The notes below the pieces were generated by a model. The model was not told the origin of the DNA, did no database searches, and was given only the letters and a program-made list of their open reading frames with translations. From Rhizophagus irregularis (Eukaryota): DNA of 64,000 nucleotides. The DNA lies in NCBI RefSeq assembly GCF_026210795.1, contig NC_089436.1, positions 434,001 to 498,000 of the forward strand. Reading direction: 5' to 3'. The translations under genes were made by a program, and so were the position numbers. Shown one piece after another: positions 12,304 through 23,955 of this stretch (within the stretch, counting starts at the first letter, position 1; every line of letters starts with the position of its first letter).

Positions 12304-15300
12304 ATGTTATATCATTACGAATTGTGTAACAAATGTGGTGAAGATTATGTAAATGACACATACTATGGTATTCGTATAATTGAAAGATGGTGGTGTAGAT
12401 CATGTCTAATAAATAATTTAAAGAATAACTTTACAAAATGGACAAGTGGCAATAAAGAAATTGATGATTTCATTCAAAAACAGCAATTAAATTTTAAATA
12501 TTCTCATAATCTAATAATTGAATGGATACCATATAATCAATTTATTTATGTTAAAAAATTAGAAAAAAATGTTGATAATGCTGTTACTATATATTCAGCA
12601 TTATGGAATAATGGTTCATTACATTATGATATTAGTCAAGAGGAATTAACAAGAAAACCTAATATAAAAGTTGTATTAAAATGTTTAAACAACTCTCGAA
12701 ATATAATTGATGAAATTCTAATTAAGGTATGAAGTATTATTTATATGTTTAATTCAAATAATTTAATATACATAATAAACTTTTTTATATTTAATAGAAT
12801 ATAACATATTATATGTATGGGATATCTCAACACCCGGATACAAAAGATTACATCATTGTTTTACAAGATATATATTGTGAAAAATGTACAAGAGTATATA
12901 ATAAATGGTGTAAGCCATGTTACAGAAATTATTTTATAAATGAATTTAAAAACTGGACCAGTGGAAATGAAATAATTGATGATATCATTAAAAAAGTACA
13001 ATTGAAAATTATACCTAATGATATAGTAGTTGAATGGATACCTTTTAATCAATTTATCAATATTAAAGAAATAGAAAAAGTTGATGACAATACTACTATA
13101 TATTCAGCAATTTGGAATAATGGCCCATTGTATTATAATACCAATATAAAGGAATGGATAAGAAATCCTAATATAAAAGTTGCATTAAAATGTTTTAATG
13201 ATTCACAAGATATTATTGATGAATTACTTAGTAAGGTATGAGAATTATTTGTAAATTTAACTTAAATGTTTAATATAATAACTTTATTTATATTTAATAG
13301 GCTGAAAAATATAAAAAATCCTGTACTAGATTAAGTAGATTACATGAATTATATGGAATATCACAAAACCCAGATACAGAAAAATATATCATTGTTCAAG
13401 ATAAATATTGTGGAAAATGTGGTGAAAAATATACAAATGAATGTATTAAATGGTGTAGACCATGTCACATAAATTATTTTGAAAATGTGTGGACCAGTGG
13501 AAATGAAATAATTGATGATATCATTTTAAAAATGCAATTAGAAAATAGTTATTATAAAATAGTTGAATGGATACCATTTAATCAATTTATTAATATTAAA
13601 GAAATGGTAAAAGTTAATGATAAAACTATATATTCAGCATTGTGGAGTAACGGCTTATTATATTATAATAAATATAAAAAGAAATGGATGAGAGATCCTA
13701 ATTTAAAAGTCACAATAAAATGTTTTAACAATTCACAAAATATTATTGATGTATTACTTGATAAGGTATGGATTATTTACAAATTTAACTCAAGTACTTT
13801 AAATAAATAACTTTATTTATATTTAATAGGGTAAAAATTACAAAATTTATGGAATATCTCAAAACCCAAATACAAAAGAATACATTATTGTTTTAGAAAA
13901 TCGATTATATGAAAATGTATTGTGTCAGACATATCACAAAAATTATTTAAAAAATAATTTTACAAAATGGACAAGTGGAAATGAAAAAATTGATATTTTT
14001 ATTCAAAAATTACAATTAACAGTTGATAAAAATGATAGAAATATATGTGAGTGGATACCATACAATCAGTTTGTTAATATTAAAGAAATTGAAAAAAATG
14101 ATTTACTTACAATACATTCAGCTATATGGAATGATAGTCCATTTTATTATAATTCTATTAAAGAGGAAATAATAAGAAAACCTAAAAAAGTTACATATAC
14201 TACATTAAATAAATCACAAAATATGATTGATGATTTTCTTAATAAGGTATAAAAATCATTTTAAGTTTGATTCAAATTCTTTTCTTTTATTATAATAATT
14301 TATTTACATTAAACAGGTTAAAGATATACTGATGATTAACAATCGTGAAGTATATGATAGATCCTCTATTTTTTGTAAGTATTGTTCTTTAATGTGTGGA
14401 ATATCTCAAAATCCAGATACAGGAAATTATATCATAGTTTCACAGGATGAATATTGTGAAAAATGCAGTAAGCAATATACAAACATACATAATAAATGGT
14501 GTTTATGTCAAACAAATTGGAGTGGAAATAAAGAAATTGATGATTTAATTCAAGAAATACAATTAAAAAAAAATTATTATAATAAAGCTGAATGGATACC
14601 ATACAATCAGTTTATTAATATTAAAGAAATTGCAAAAGATAATAACAATGCTACTATTATATATTCAGCAATATGGAAGAATGGTCCATTATCATACATT
14701 AATAATTAATGGATAAGAAACTCTTATTATACAAGTGTTATATTAAAATATTTGGATATTAATGAATTTACCAGCAAGGTATGACAGTTATTTATAAGTT
14801 TAATTTAAATAATTTTAAATAATAGACATTTATACTTATTAATATATATAGGATAATTATCACAACATATATGGAATATCTCAAAATCCAGATGCCAAAG
14901 AATATATCATGGTTTTATCAAATTATAAATATTGTGAAAAATGTGGTGAATGGTATACAGATCAAAATGATATTTATAAATGGTGTAAGCCATGTTGCAT
15001 AAATTATTTTAACAATGAGTTTAAAAACTGGACCAGTGGAAATGAAATGATTGATAATTTTATTTTAGGAATGCAATTAAAAATCAATAATCGTAAGGAT
15101 AAAATAGTTGAGTGGATACCATACAATCAATTTATTAACATCAAAGAAATAGCAAAAAATAATAATAATGCTACCATTATATATTCAGCAATATGGATAA
15201 ATGGTCCATTAAAATTTGATTTTATTTATAAATCATATAAAAGAAAATGTTATAAAAGAGTTATATTAAGCTGCTTAACATTAGATATCAATGAATTTTC

Positions 15301-17661
15301 CAATAAGGTATGGAATTTTTTACATACTAACTTAAACATTTTATTTCAAATAATCATTTATTTATATTTATAGATTAATAATTATAAAGGTATATATGGA
15401 ATATCACAAAATCCAGATACAAAAAATTATTTTATAGTTTTAAATAATATCCCATGGTTAATTTTACAAAATAATTTTACAAATTTAAGTGGAAATAAAA
15501 TAATTGATGATTTTATTCAAGAAATGCAATTAAAAATTAATAATTGGACTCATATAATAGTTGAATGGATACCACATACTGATATTACAAAAATTGAGAA
15601 AATTGTTAATAATGCATATTCAGCTATATGGAAAAATGGTCCACTATATTATAGATATGATAAAAAGGAATGGATAAGACATTCTAATAAAAAAGTTATA
15701 TTAAATTCCTTAGCATCAGATATTAAGAAATTTCTTAATAAGGTATAAAAATTATTTGTAAATTTAATAACTTAAATATTCAAAGAAAATAACTAACTTA
15801 TTTGTAATTTATTAGGCTAAAAAATATAATAGTATATATGGAATAACTCAAAATCCATATACAAATGATTATATTTTAGTTCTTCAAAATAGGAATTGTA
15901 AAAAATGTGGTAAACCATATAGTGATTTAAAAAATAAATGGTGTGAGTTATGTGAAATAAATTATATACGAAATAATTTTGCAAATTGGAGTGGAAATGA
16001 AAAAATTGATAATTTTATTCAAGAAAAGCAAATAAAGATAAATGTTTTTAATGATATAGTAGTTGAATGGATACCATACAATCAGTTTATTAATATTGAA
16101 AAAATTGAAAAAGTTGGTGATAATATTACTATTATCTATTCAGCAATATGGAAGAATGGTCCATTATATTATGAAAAAAATAGAAAGGAATGGATAAGGA
16201 ATTCTTATGAAGAAGTTGTATTAAAATGCTTAACATTAGATATCAATGAATTTTTTATTGAGGTATGAAAGTTATTTACATCTAGCTTAAATATTTTACT
16301 TTAAATAATAATTTTATTTATATTTAATAGGCTAACAATTATAATGATATATACGGAATGTCTCAAAATCCAAATACAAACAATTATATTTTAGTTTTTC
16401 AAAATAATCAGTGTTGTAATAGATGTTACAAACTATATAGTACTGATATGACTGGTTTAGGAGGGAAATGTTGTAATTCATGCCAAATAAATTATATACA
16501 TAATAATTTGACAAATTGGAGTGAAAACCAAAAAATTAATGATTTTGTTCGAGAAATGCATTTGAAAATTAATAATTATGAAGATATAATATTTGAATGG
16601 ATACCATACAATCAGTTTGATTATATTGAAGTAATTGGTAAAGGTGGTTTCGCTACAATATATTCAGCAATATGGAAGGATGGTCCATTAAAATGTAATT
16701 ATGATAAGATATATAAAAGAGATGTTAATTATAAAGAGGTTGCATTAAAAAGTATAGATAAATCACATAATAAAATTAATGAATTTTTAAATGAGGTATG
16801 AAATTTTTAAATTTTAAAATAATTATTTAATATATTGATTTTTTTTTTATGTTTATATAGGTAAAAGCATATTCAATTAAATGTAATATTTATAATAGTA
16901 TTCTTAAAATATATGGAATATCTCAAAATCCTATTACAAAAAATTATATTATAGTTCTTCAATATGCAAAATATGGAAGTATTAATAATTGGATGCATTA
17001 TTTCTATAAAGATTTTGATTGTCATGTTAAATATGAATTACTTTCAAATATATATAGTGGTCTTATAAAAATTCATGAAAACCAGATGGTTCATCGTGAT
17101 TTTCATATAGGAAATATTTTAGTTAGTAATGATAAGTATATTGGAACTATTCCTTTAGGTATATATATTTCAGATATGGGATTATGTGGAGAAGTTGGTA
17201 ATAAAAATGAAACAAAAATTTATGGAGTTATGCCTTATGTAGCTCCTGAAGTATTAAGAGGCAAGCCTTATACTCAAGCAGCAGATATATATAGTTTTGG
17301 TATGGTTATGTATTATATTATAACTGGAAGACAACCTTTTGAAAATCGTACACATGATAGTTTATTAGCATTAGATATATGTAATGGAATTAGACCTGAA
17401 GTACCTGAAATACCTGAATTGAAATCAAATCGGTATATTAATCTAATGAAAAAATGTTGGGATTCAAATCCAGATAATAGACCAAATGTTTTTTCAATAA
17501 GTATATATTGTTTGACAGATGAAATTGAAAAAGCAGAAAAATATCTACTTAGAGAATATAAGGAAAGCAGCCAATTAACTATTACTCATTCACAAGCTAT
17601 TTACACATCTCGGTTACTTAATCCTTATACAGAAGGACTTGCATTTGATTTTACAGAGTAA
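12304..17661 (+). CDS. Multi-module tyrosine-kinase-like (TKL) protein kinase, 10 exons, about 1580 codons, one in-frame stop in exon 5 (possible pseudogene or nonsense allele)
   Basis: Exons 12304-12726, 12798-13235, 13301-13765, 13830-14246, 14317-14778, 14852-15307, 15374-15742, 15816-16262, 16331-16795 and 16861-17661 join in frame across GT-AG phase-0 introns. The kinase motifs are IGKGGF, VALK, HRDFHIGN, SDMG and PYVAPE. TAA at 14707-14709. Confidence 0.88.
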
Positions 17662-20600
17662 ATTATATACACTTAAATCTTTTTATTTTCAACTTTCTAT
17701 TAATAAGAAACTTGTTAAAATTTTAAAATATCAATAGAGAAAAATGGAATTACAAGAATTATCACTTATTTTTTGCTTATCATAACAATATATTTTATTT
17801 ATTTTTATATTTATTTTTATAAAATATTAAATATGAATTTCATTATATTTTGTTTAATACTGATTAATTGATTATAGAGTATGTGTAAACTTTTTTACAT
17901 AAATAAAATCAGTTTGTAATTGAGCAATAAAATTAACACAGTTTTTGAAATGAGACTTTTTGTTGTTATGCATCATCAATTATTCCACTTTTTGTGGCTT
18001 ATTATCCTAATAATTGGTGGCTACAAATAAAACTTTTCATATTTATTTTATTTATTTTTTTAATTGATAAAAGTATTTCTTTATTAGTAAAATGTAGAAG
18101 AACATATTACATATTTAAGGGACAGATCGGCACTCAATGAGAGAAAATGATCAGCAAACTATAATTAATTTAATGGGTTTCGTAATTAATAAAAAAAAAA
18201 TTTTTGGAATTTTGCGTTCTTTACTATATAAACTGCCTCAATGAGCAAAACAAAACAGTATGAAGTAACCCTTCTGGCCAAGGGAATTATTTCAGAAGAT
18301 TTACACTATGGAATACATGCACGAAATTGGTGGGAACCATGCAAATTTGCTCAAACCAACTTTAATCCAATACCTTACCGACTATTTATGTCTGTTAATT
18401 GTTGTCTTAACAGTAAAAATTTTGCAATAACAATTCTTAATGATGGGCAAACACAAAATCCATGTTTCCGTTGTGTTTGTGATGGTAAAGATTCTGGAAT
18501 TCAAGCGTCAGCGAATGCAGCTATTAATAACATGTACGTACAAATTTTTGGTAATAAAACAACAAAGTATTCAGGATTAATTGTTATGGGATTTGATAAT
18601 GAAGCAATTGTTCGTGAGTTAGTAGCTGATGTTTCATTTGTTCCAATATTTATTCGTTTAGATAAAATAATAATTGTGGTTAGTAAAATTGGTGTTTCAT
18701 CTCGTGAAGGATATTATGGTGCCAGTCCAGGATATTTTTCTACACTTATAACAAAATATGCAGGCAAACAATCACTTTTTGTACAATCCATAGAAGATGA
18801 ATGTAGTTTAGACATTTATAATGAAGGTGTTAAATTATACCATAATAAGAATACTACACCTAATAAAATTTGGGAAACTATTGATATTCACAAAAAATAT
18901 GATGGAGTGGCTTTATTCGGAATTACTGATCCATATATTCAACAAAAATTGGAAGAACTGAATAAATTAGAAAAAAGTAAATTAGAAAAGAGTAAAAATT
19001 TAATCACTTGTACAAGTGATAATTGGGAAAATATTGATATATTGAATCTTATATTTGAGCAAAATATAAAAAAATGTAAAATTGCTACTAGTACATTTTT
19101 AGATTGGTCAAACTTATTTACAAATTGGTATAAACAAACTAATACAATAATTCAATTTCCCACAATTTTATTTCAAATTTATCCAAATAATTACCAATTC
19201 CAAGAAAAAGAATTAAACGCGTGGCGAGCAATGTTTTGTGCCGCTGGTTGTACCAATATCACTCCACTTGTAAAAAAAAAGCATATAATTGAATTTTGGA
19301 CAAAAGCATCAGATCCTTCGTCTGATAGGGATAATCTAGTAAAACTTTTTGAATCAGGAATGTTATTGGTAATGGAAAAGAAATCTCAACCTAATAGCGA
19401 AAGTGAAAAAATTTGGGAAAGTTTACAAAAAGCTTTAGAAGCAAATAAAAGAGGAGTTGATGGAAAAGTTAGGATTCTTTCAATAATTGCTGAAAATTTT
19501 ACATATAAAAAACTCAATGAGAAGTTTGGGGTAAAGTTAAAAATTATATTTATTGAATTTATTATAAATAAATCTTAAAAATAACTAAATACTTACATAT
19601 AGGTAGGAAATAATATAATTAATTCTGCACGAAAATATGCAAGACTTAATGGACCAGGAGCACCAAGCCTAATAAAACCAAAAGAACTGTTAAACAAATG
19701 TCTGAAATTAAAGAAAAGCAAATTTTAATGTTTTTTCAAGATCAAAGTATAGTTACGCAAAGTTCTTACCAGGTGGATAAGAATGGATCACCAATATTAT
19801 ATATGCGTGATCAAAAAATCAAACTGTGGAAAAAATTTGAAGAAACTTTTCCTAATGGTATGAAAAAGACATCATTTTTGGGCCGATTAGCAAATTGTAA
19901 TAATATCAAATATCGGAATGATATGGGTGGACTTTGCCTTACCTGTAATGAATATGGCTATACTCCATTTGAGTCTTTAATAGCTATTGCACACAATACA
20001 TTTTCACAAAAAGATCAGTTAGTAAGTAAAATTTTTAATAAACAAATTATTTTAGTTTGAAAATATTATAATTTACCTTTTATTAATATTTTTAGAATAA
20101 TGCATTGCGAAAAATTGACACTTTAAAGCGTCACTTGCGTCGTGGTTATGAAAGAGAATTGGCGGTTAATGCTGATGGTACAACACAACATAATCTCTGT
20201 ATTTCTCATTGTTTACCATATGCCTTTGGAAAATGTTTGGAAAAACATAAGTCACGATGCTCAGAGTGTGATAAATTTTTTGAATTTTTTGAATTTATGC
20301 ACCTACATGTAAATGAAGATCAGCAGCTTTTTTAGAAGAAATAAAAGAACATTTGCAGTATTTCTTAGCCCATACAACACGAAAAGTATACTTGAATGCT
20401 TAATTCTTTACAGAAACTAATAAATTTGAAACGACTAAGCCGCGAATGTGCCACAATTTTGCCACCTATCTGTGGCGGTAAAATCACAATGATTACGTTA
20501 CTTTTTACTTAACATAGCCGCAGCAGTTCGTATCAAATGGTTAGGTAGAGTACTGGTAGAGTATACATTAAGTAGTCATAGCGAATTAAAGTTATAATTA

Positions 20601-20819
20601 GGTAGAGACTACGCAGAAACTACATTACAATTAAGCAATAATTTATATACATAATTGTCACAATATGACAATAAAATCAAATATTATATTAAACACATTA
20701 CTATACATCTATATTAAAGTTCTTATACAAAAAGTAAAATTTTAGTCCAACGGCATTTTTCATTTGCCCTTTGCTCATTCGTTAAAGTAAATAATTTAAA
20801 TAAAAAAATAACTTTCATC

Positions 20820-22800
20820 TAAACATCTAAAGAACTGAAGATCCATCTAAAAAGAATAAAAAATGAAATTGTTAGCGTAATTAAAAAGTTTAAGCAGATA
20901 AATGGTTCGTTAAAGAATAATTAAAAACTGTTAATATCCTACCATATTCCCACACATCCAAATAGTCAAAAAGCCAAGCTGTCTACAAAAAAATAAATGC
21001 AACGTTAGTAATCATTTCATTAAAAGGACTAAAAAACAACCTCCTCTTTCTTACCGAGTTTCCACACGTCCAAATACTCCAAGAAGAACTGACTGTTTAC
21101 AAAAAAGAATAAATGAAACATTAGTGAATGTTTCGTTAAAATAGATTAAAAAATTCCAGCTCTCTACCAAAATTCATGCGTCCAGAAAAATTGGCTGTCT
21201 AAAAAAAAGAATAAAAATGAAATGTAACTTTCGTTAAATGTTAAAATAAAAAATTCAAGAAAGATTGCTGAAATACCCACTAAAATTCCATGATTGTACG
21301 CATCCTAGTATCCGAAAAACTAGTCGCCTATAAAATAAAAAAATATAACGAAACATTAGTAAGTTTCGTCAAAATAAAAAATAAAAAAGAAACCCACCAA
21401 GGAATATGCTCCAGAAAATTCAACAAAAAATCCAGGCTTCGAACGTCTAAAAAGAATGAATAAAATGTTAAAAAATTTTTCATTGAAAGAAATATATTAA
21501 TTAAATCCTTTCCTTACTGAACTCCCACATGTCCAAAAAAACTTAAAAAAAAAGAAAATTAGTATATAAATGAAAAAAATCAAAAATCGATAAAGATAAA
21601 AATACCTACCTAAGAGAGCACCATTCACATAATCAAAGTGCCAAAGACCCGCTAAAAAAAATAAAAATGAAATAATCGTCAGATTACTTTTGGAACCAGT
21701 TTCCTGCAAAATAAAGAAAATGTTAGGTAATGTTATTTTATAAAAAAAAAAACTTAATATATTTAAGTAGTTTTCAAAACATTCTGAATACTTGCTTGGG
21801 ATTTAATTTTTTTAAATCTTTGAATCGAAGGGAGCTATGCTTCAAAATCGGACCTGGATTCCTACATAATAAAAAAAATTAATGAATAATTTTTTTTATA
21901 AAAAATAATAAAAAAAAAACATAACAAAATGTTAGTAACCATTTCGTTAAAGAATTAAAAAAGTAACCTTCTCACCCCTTAACGAGTTTTCCATGTGTCC
22001 GAATACTCCAAAGAATTGGCTGTCTAAAGAATACTGTAAACAAAACATTAGTGATCGTTTTGCTCATTTCGTTAAACAAATAATGAAGAAAAAAAAATAG
22101 CTTACCTTTCTCCAATAATGTGTCAGAACCCGAAGAGCAAACCATCTAAAAAAAGGAAGAAAAAGAAACATTAGTAGCTGTTTCGTTGTCTCGTTAAAAG
22201 TAAATAACTAAAAAAAACCCTCACCATTAATTAATACAAAAAATAAAATAATTTTTCTTGCCATGCGATTTATCTCATGCATAATTGCTTGTTCATTAGC
22301 ATCAGTTTCACTAACAAAATTTTGCAGATGATCTCGTACTTGTTCATTGAAATCAGATAAATTTATTAATCAAAATTACGCATATCGATATTCAATATTA
22401 AGAGTATGATTATTAATCGAAATAATTTCAAATATCTGAAAATAAAAACCATCTACAAAAGAAAAAAAAAGAATGAACCGTTAAAACTGTTTGTTAGAAT
22501 TTAAAAAAAAAGAAAAAAAATTACCAAAAATTTTTCGTCCTTCTTTGTGTTCCAAAGATCCAAAAGTATCAACTGTTAAAATGAACGCGTATTCCTAAAG
22601 ACTAGAAATAAAAAGAAGGAAATAAAATTTTCGTTAAAAACCAATTTTTTTTAATAAACTTTTATTCTTTTTAATTTTAAAAGTCACCAAGTCGTCACAT
22701 CCGTTAGCCGCCTAAAATGAAACTCTCTTACCAAACCCTATAAGCGTCCAAAGGCCAAAATGAAGGTAAAAGCCTATAGGTAACTAAAGCCTATATAAGA
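20820..22800 (-). repeat. Array of roughly 15 micro-exon/short-intron units
   Basis: Minus-strand donors (GTAGG 20942, GTAAG 21054, GTAGA 21167, GTGGG 21280 and 21397, GTAAG 21517, GTAGG 21609), branch-like TACTAAC/CACTAAT/GCTAAC motifs (e.g. 21003-21010) and T-rich YAG acceptors recur about every 110-130 bp. The exons are partly homologous to each other. Confidence 0.7.
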
Positions 22801-23749
22801 AAAGAAATTAGAAAAAAAAAGTGAGAGAAAAGGGGAAGGAATTTAAGAGTGTGAAAGGGAAGTGAAAGGGAAGTGAAAGGCCAAAAGGGTGAGTGAAAGT
22901 GAAAGAAAAAGAACGTATAAAAGTGTAAGGAAAGAACATGTAAAAGTAAAGGAGAAAGGAATAAGGACAGAATGAAGGAAAAGAAAAAGAAAGAACAAGG
23001 GAAAGGGAAATAAGAAAGGGAAAGAGTAGAAGAAAGCAAGGAAATGGAAAAGAGGAAATTATAAAAAACTAACGAAAAAAAAGATTAAGCTTAATTAAAC
23101 TGCAGTTTGCAGATCATTCAAATCATTAATATTCGAAATAAACTTTAGTTTCTTTCCATACACGCTCTCTTTACACTCTAACTCGAAACTTTTTTTAATT
23201 TTTTTCTTTTAAAGTTTTTCAAATCGAAAACTTTTTTTTTAATTTTTATTTATTTATTTTTTTTTATTTTTTATCCTACTTTACGTATATCCTTCTCCTC
23301 CTAAATATGAAAAGGAAGAAAAAAAGCAAGGCTCCACCCACCTTAAAGCCCACCTAAATACGAAAGGGAAAAAATAAAGTACTCACCACCCTCTTAAATA
23401 TGAAAAGGGAAAATCGTATCCACCTATCTACTTTTTATTACATTCTGGATTTTTTAATATAAGGTTCTTAGAGATCATAAGCTTTCTCACCAGCTGGTAA
23501 AGTGTATGAATTTCTTTAATTCACAAAGAAAGCCTTGCTAAAGTCATCTTTAGTGTAGGCCTAGTAATACATTGCCTTAATTGAGCGTGGCTATGAAGTT
23601 TATGATTATCAGTTTATAATTCTCGTTACATTTAGTATATATTTCTTATATTTTAATTACACAATTTATTTTACTATATATTTAATTGTAATGATATAAT
23701 GCAAATTATCAAAGTAAGACAAAATTTAATAAATTATATAAATAAGAAA

Positions 23750-23955
23750 AAATGTTATTAATAATACATTTTTACAAAAAAAATTATTTTATAATACATT
23801 TGTATAAAAAAATTTATTTTATAATAAATACATTTTTACGAGAAAAAAATTTATTTTATAATACTTTTTATGAAAAAAAATTATTTTATAATACATTTTT
23901 ACGAAAAAAATTTATTTTATAAGTACATTTTTACGAAAAATTTTATTTTATAATA
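23750..23955. repeat. Minisatellite, unit of about 28-30 bp (TAATACATTTTTACGAAAAAAATTTATTTTA), about 7 copies
   Basis: Directly visible degenerate tandem copies inside the 20406-24249 element. Confidence 0.85.
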
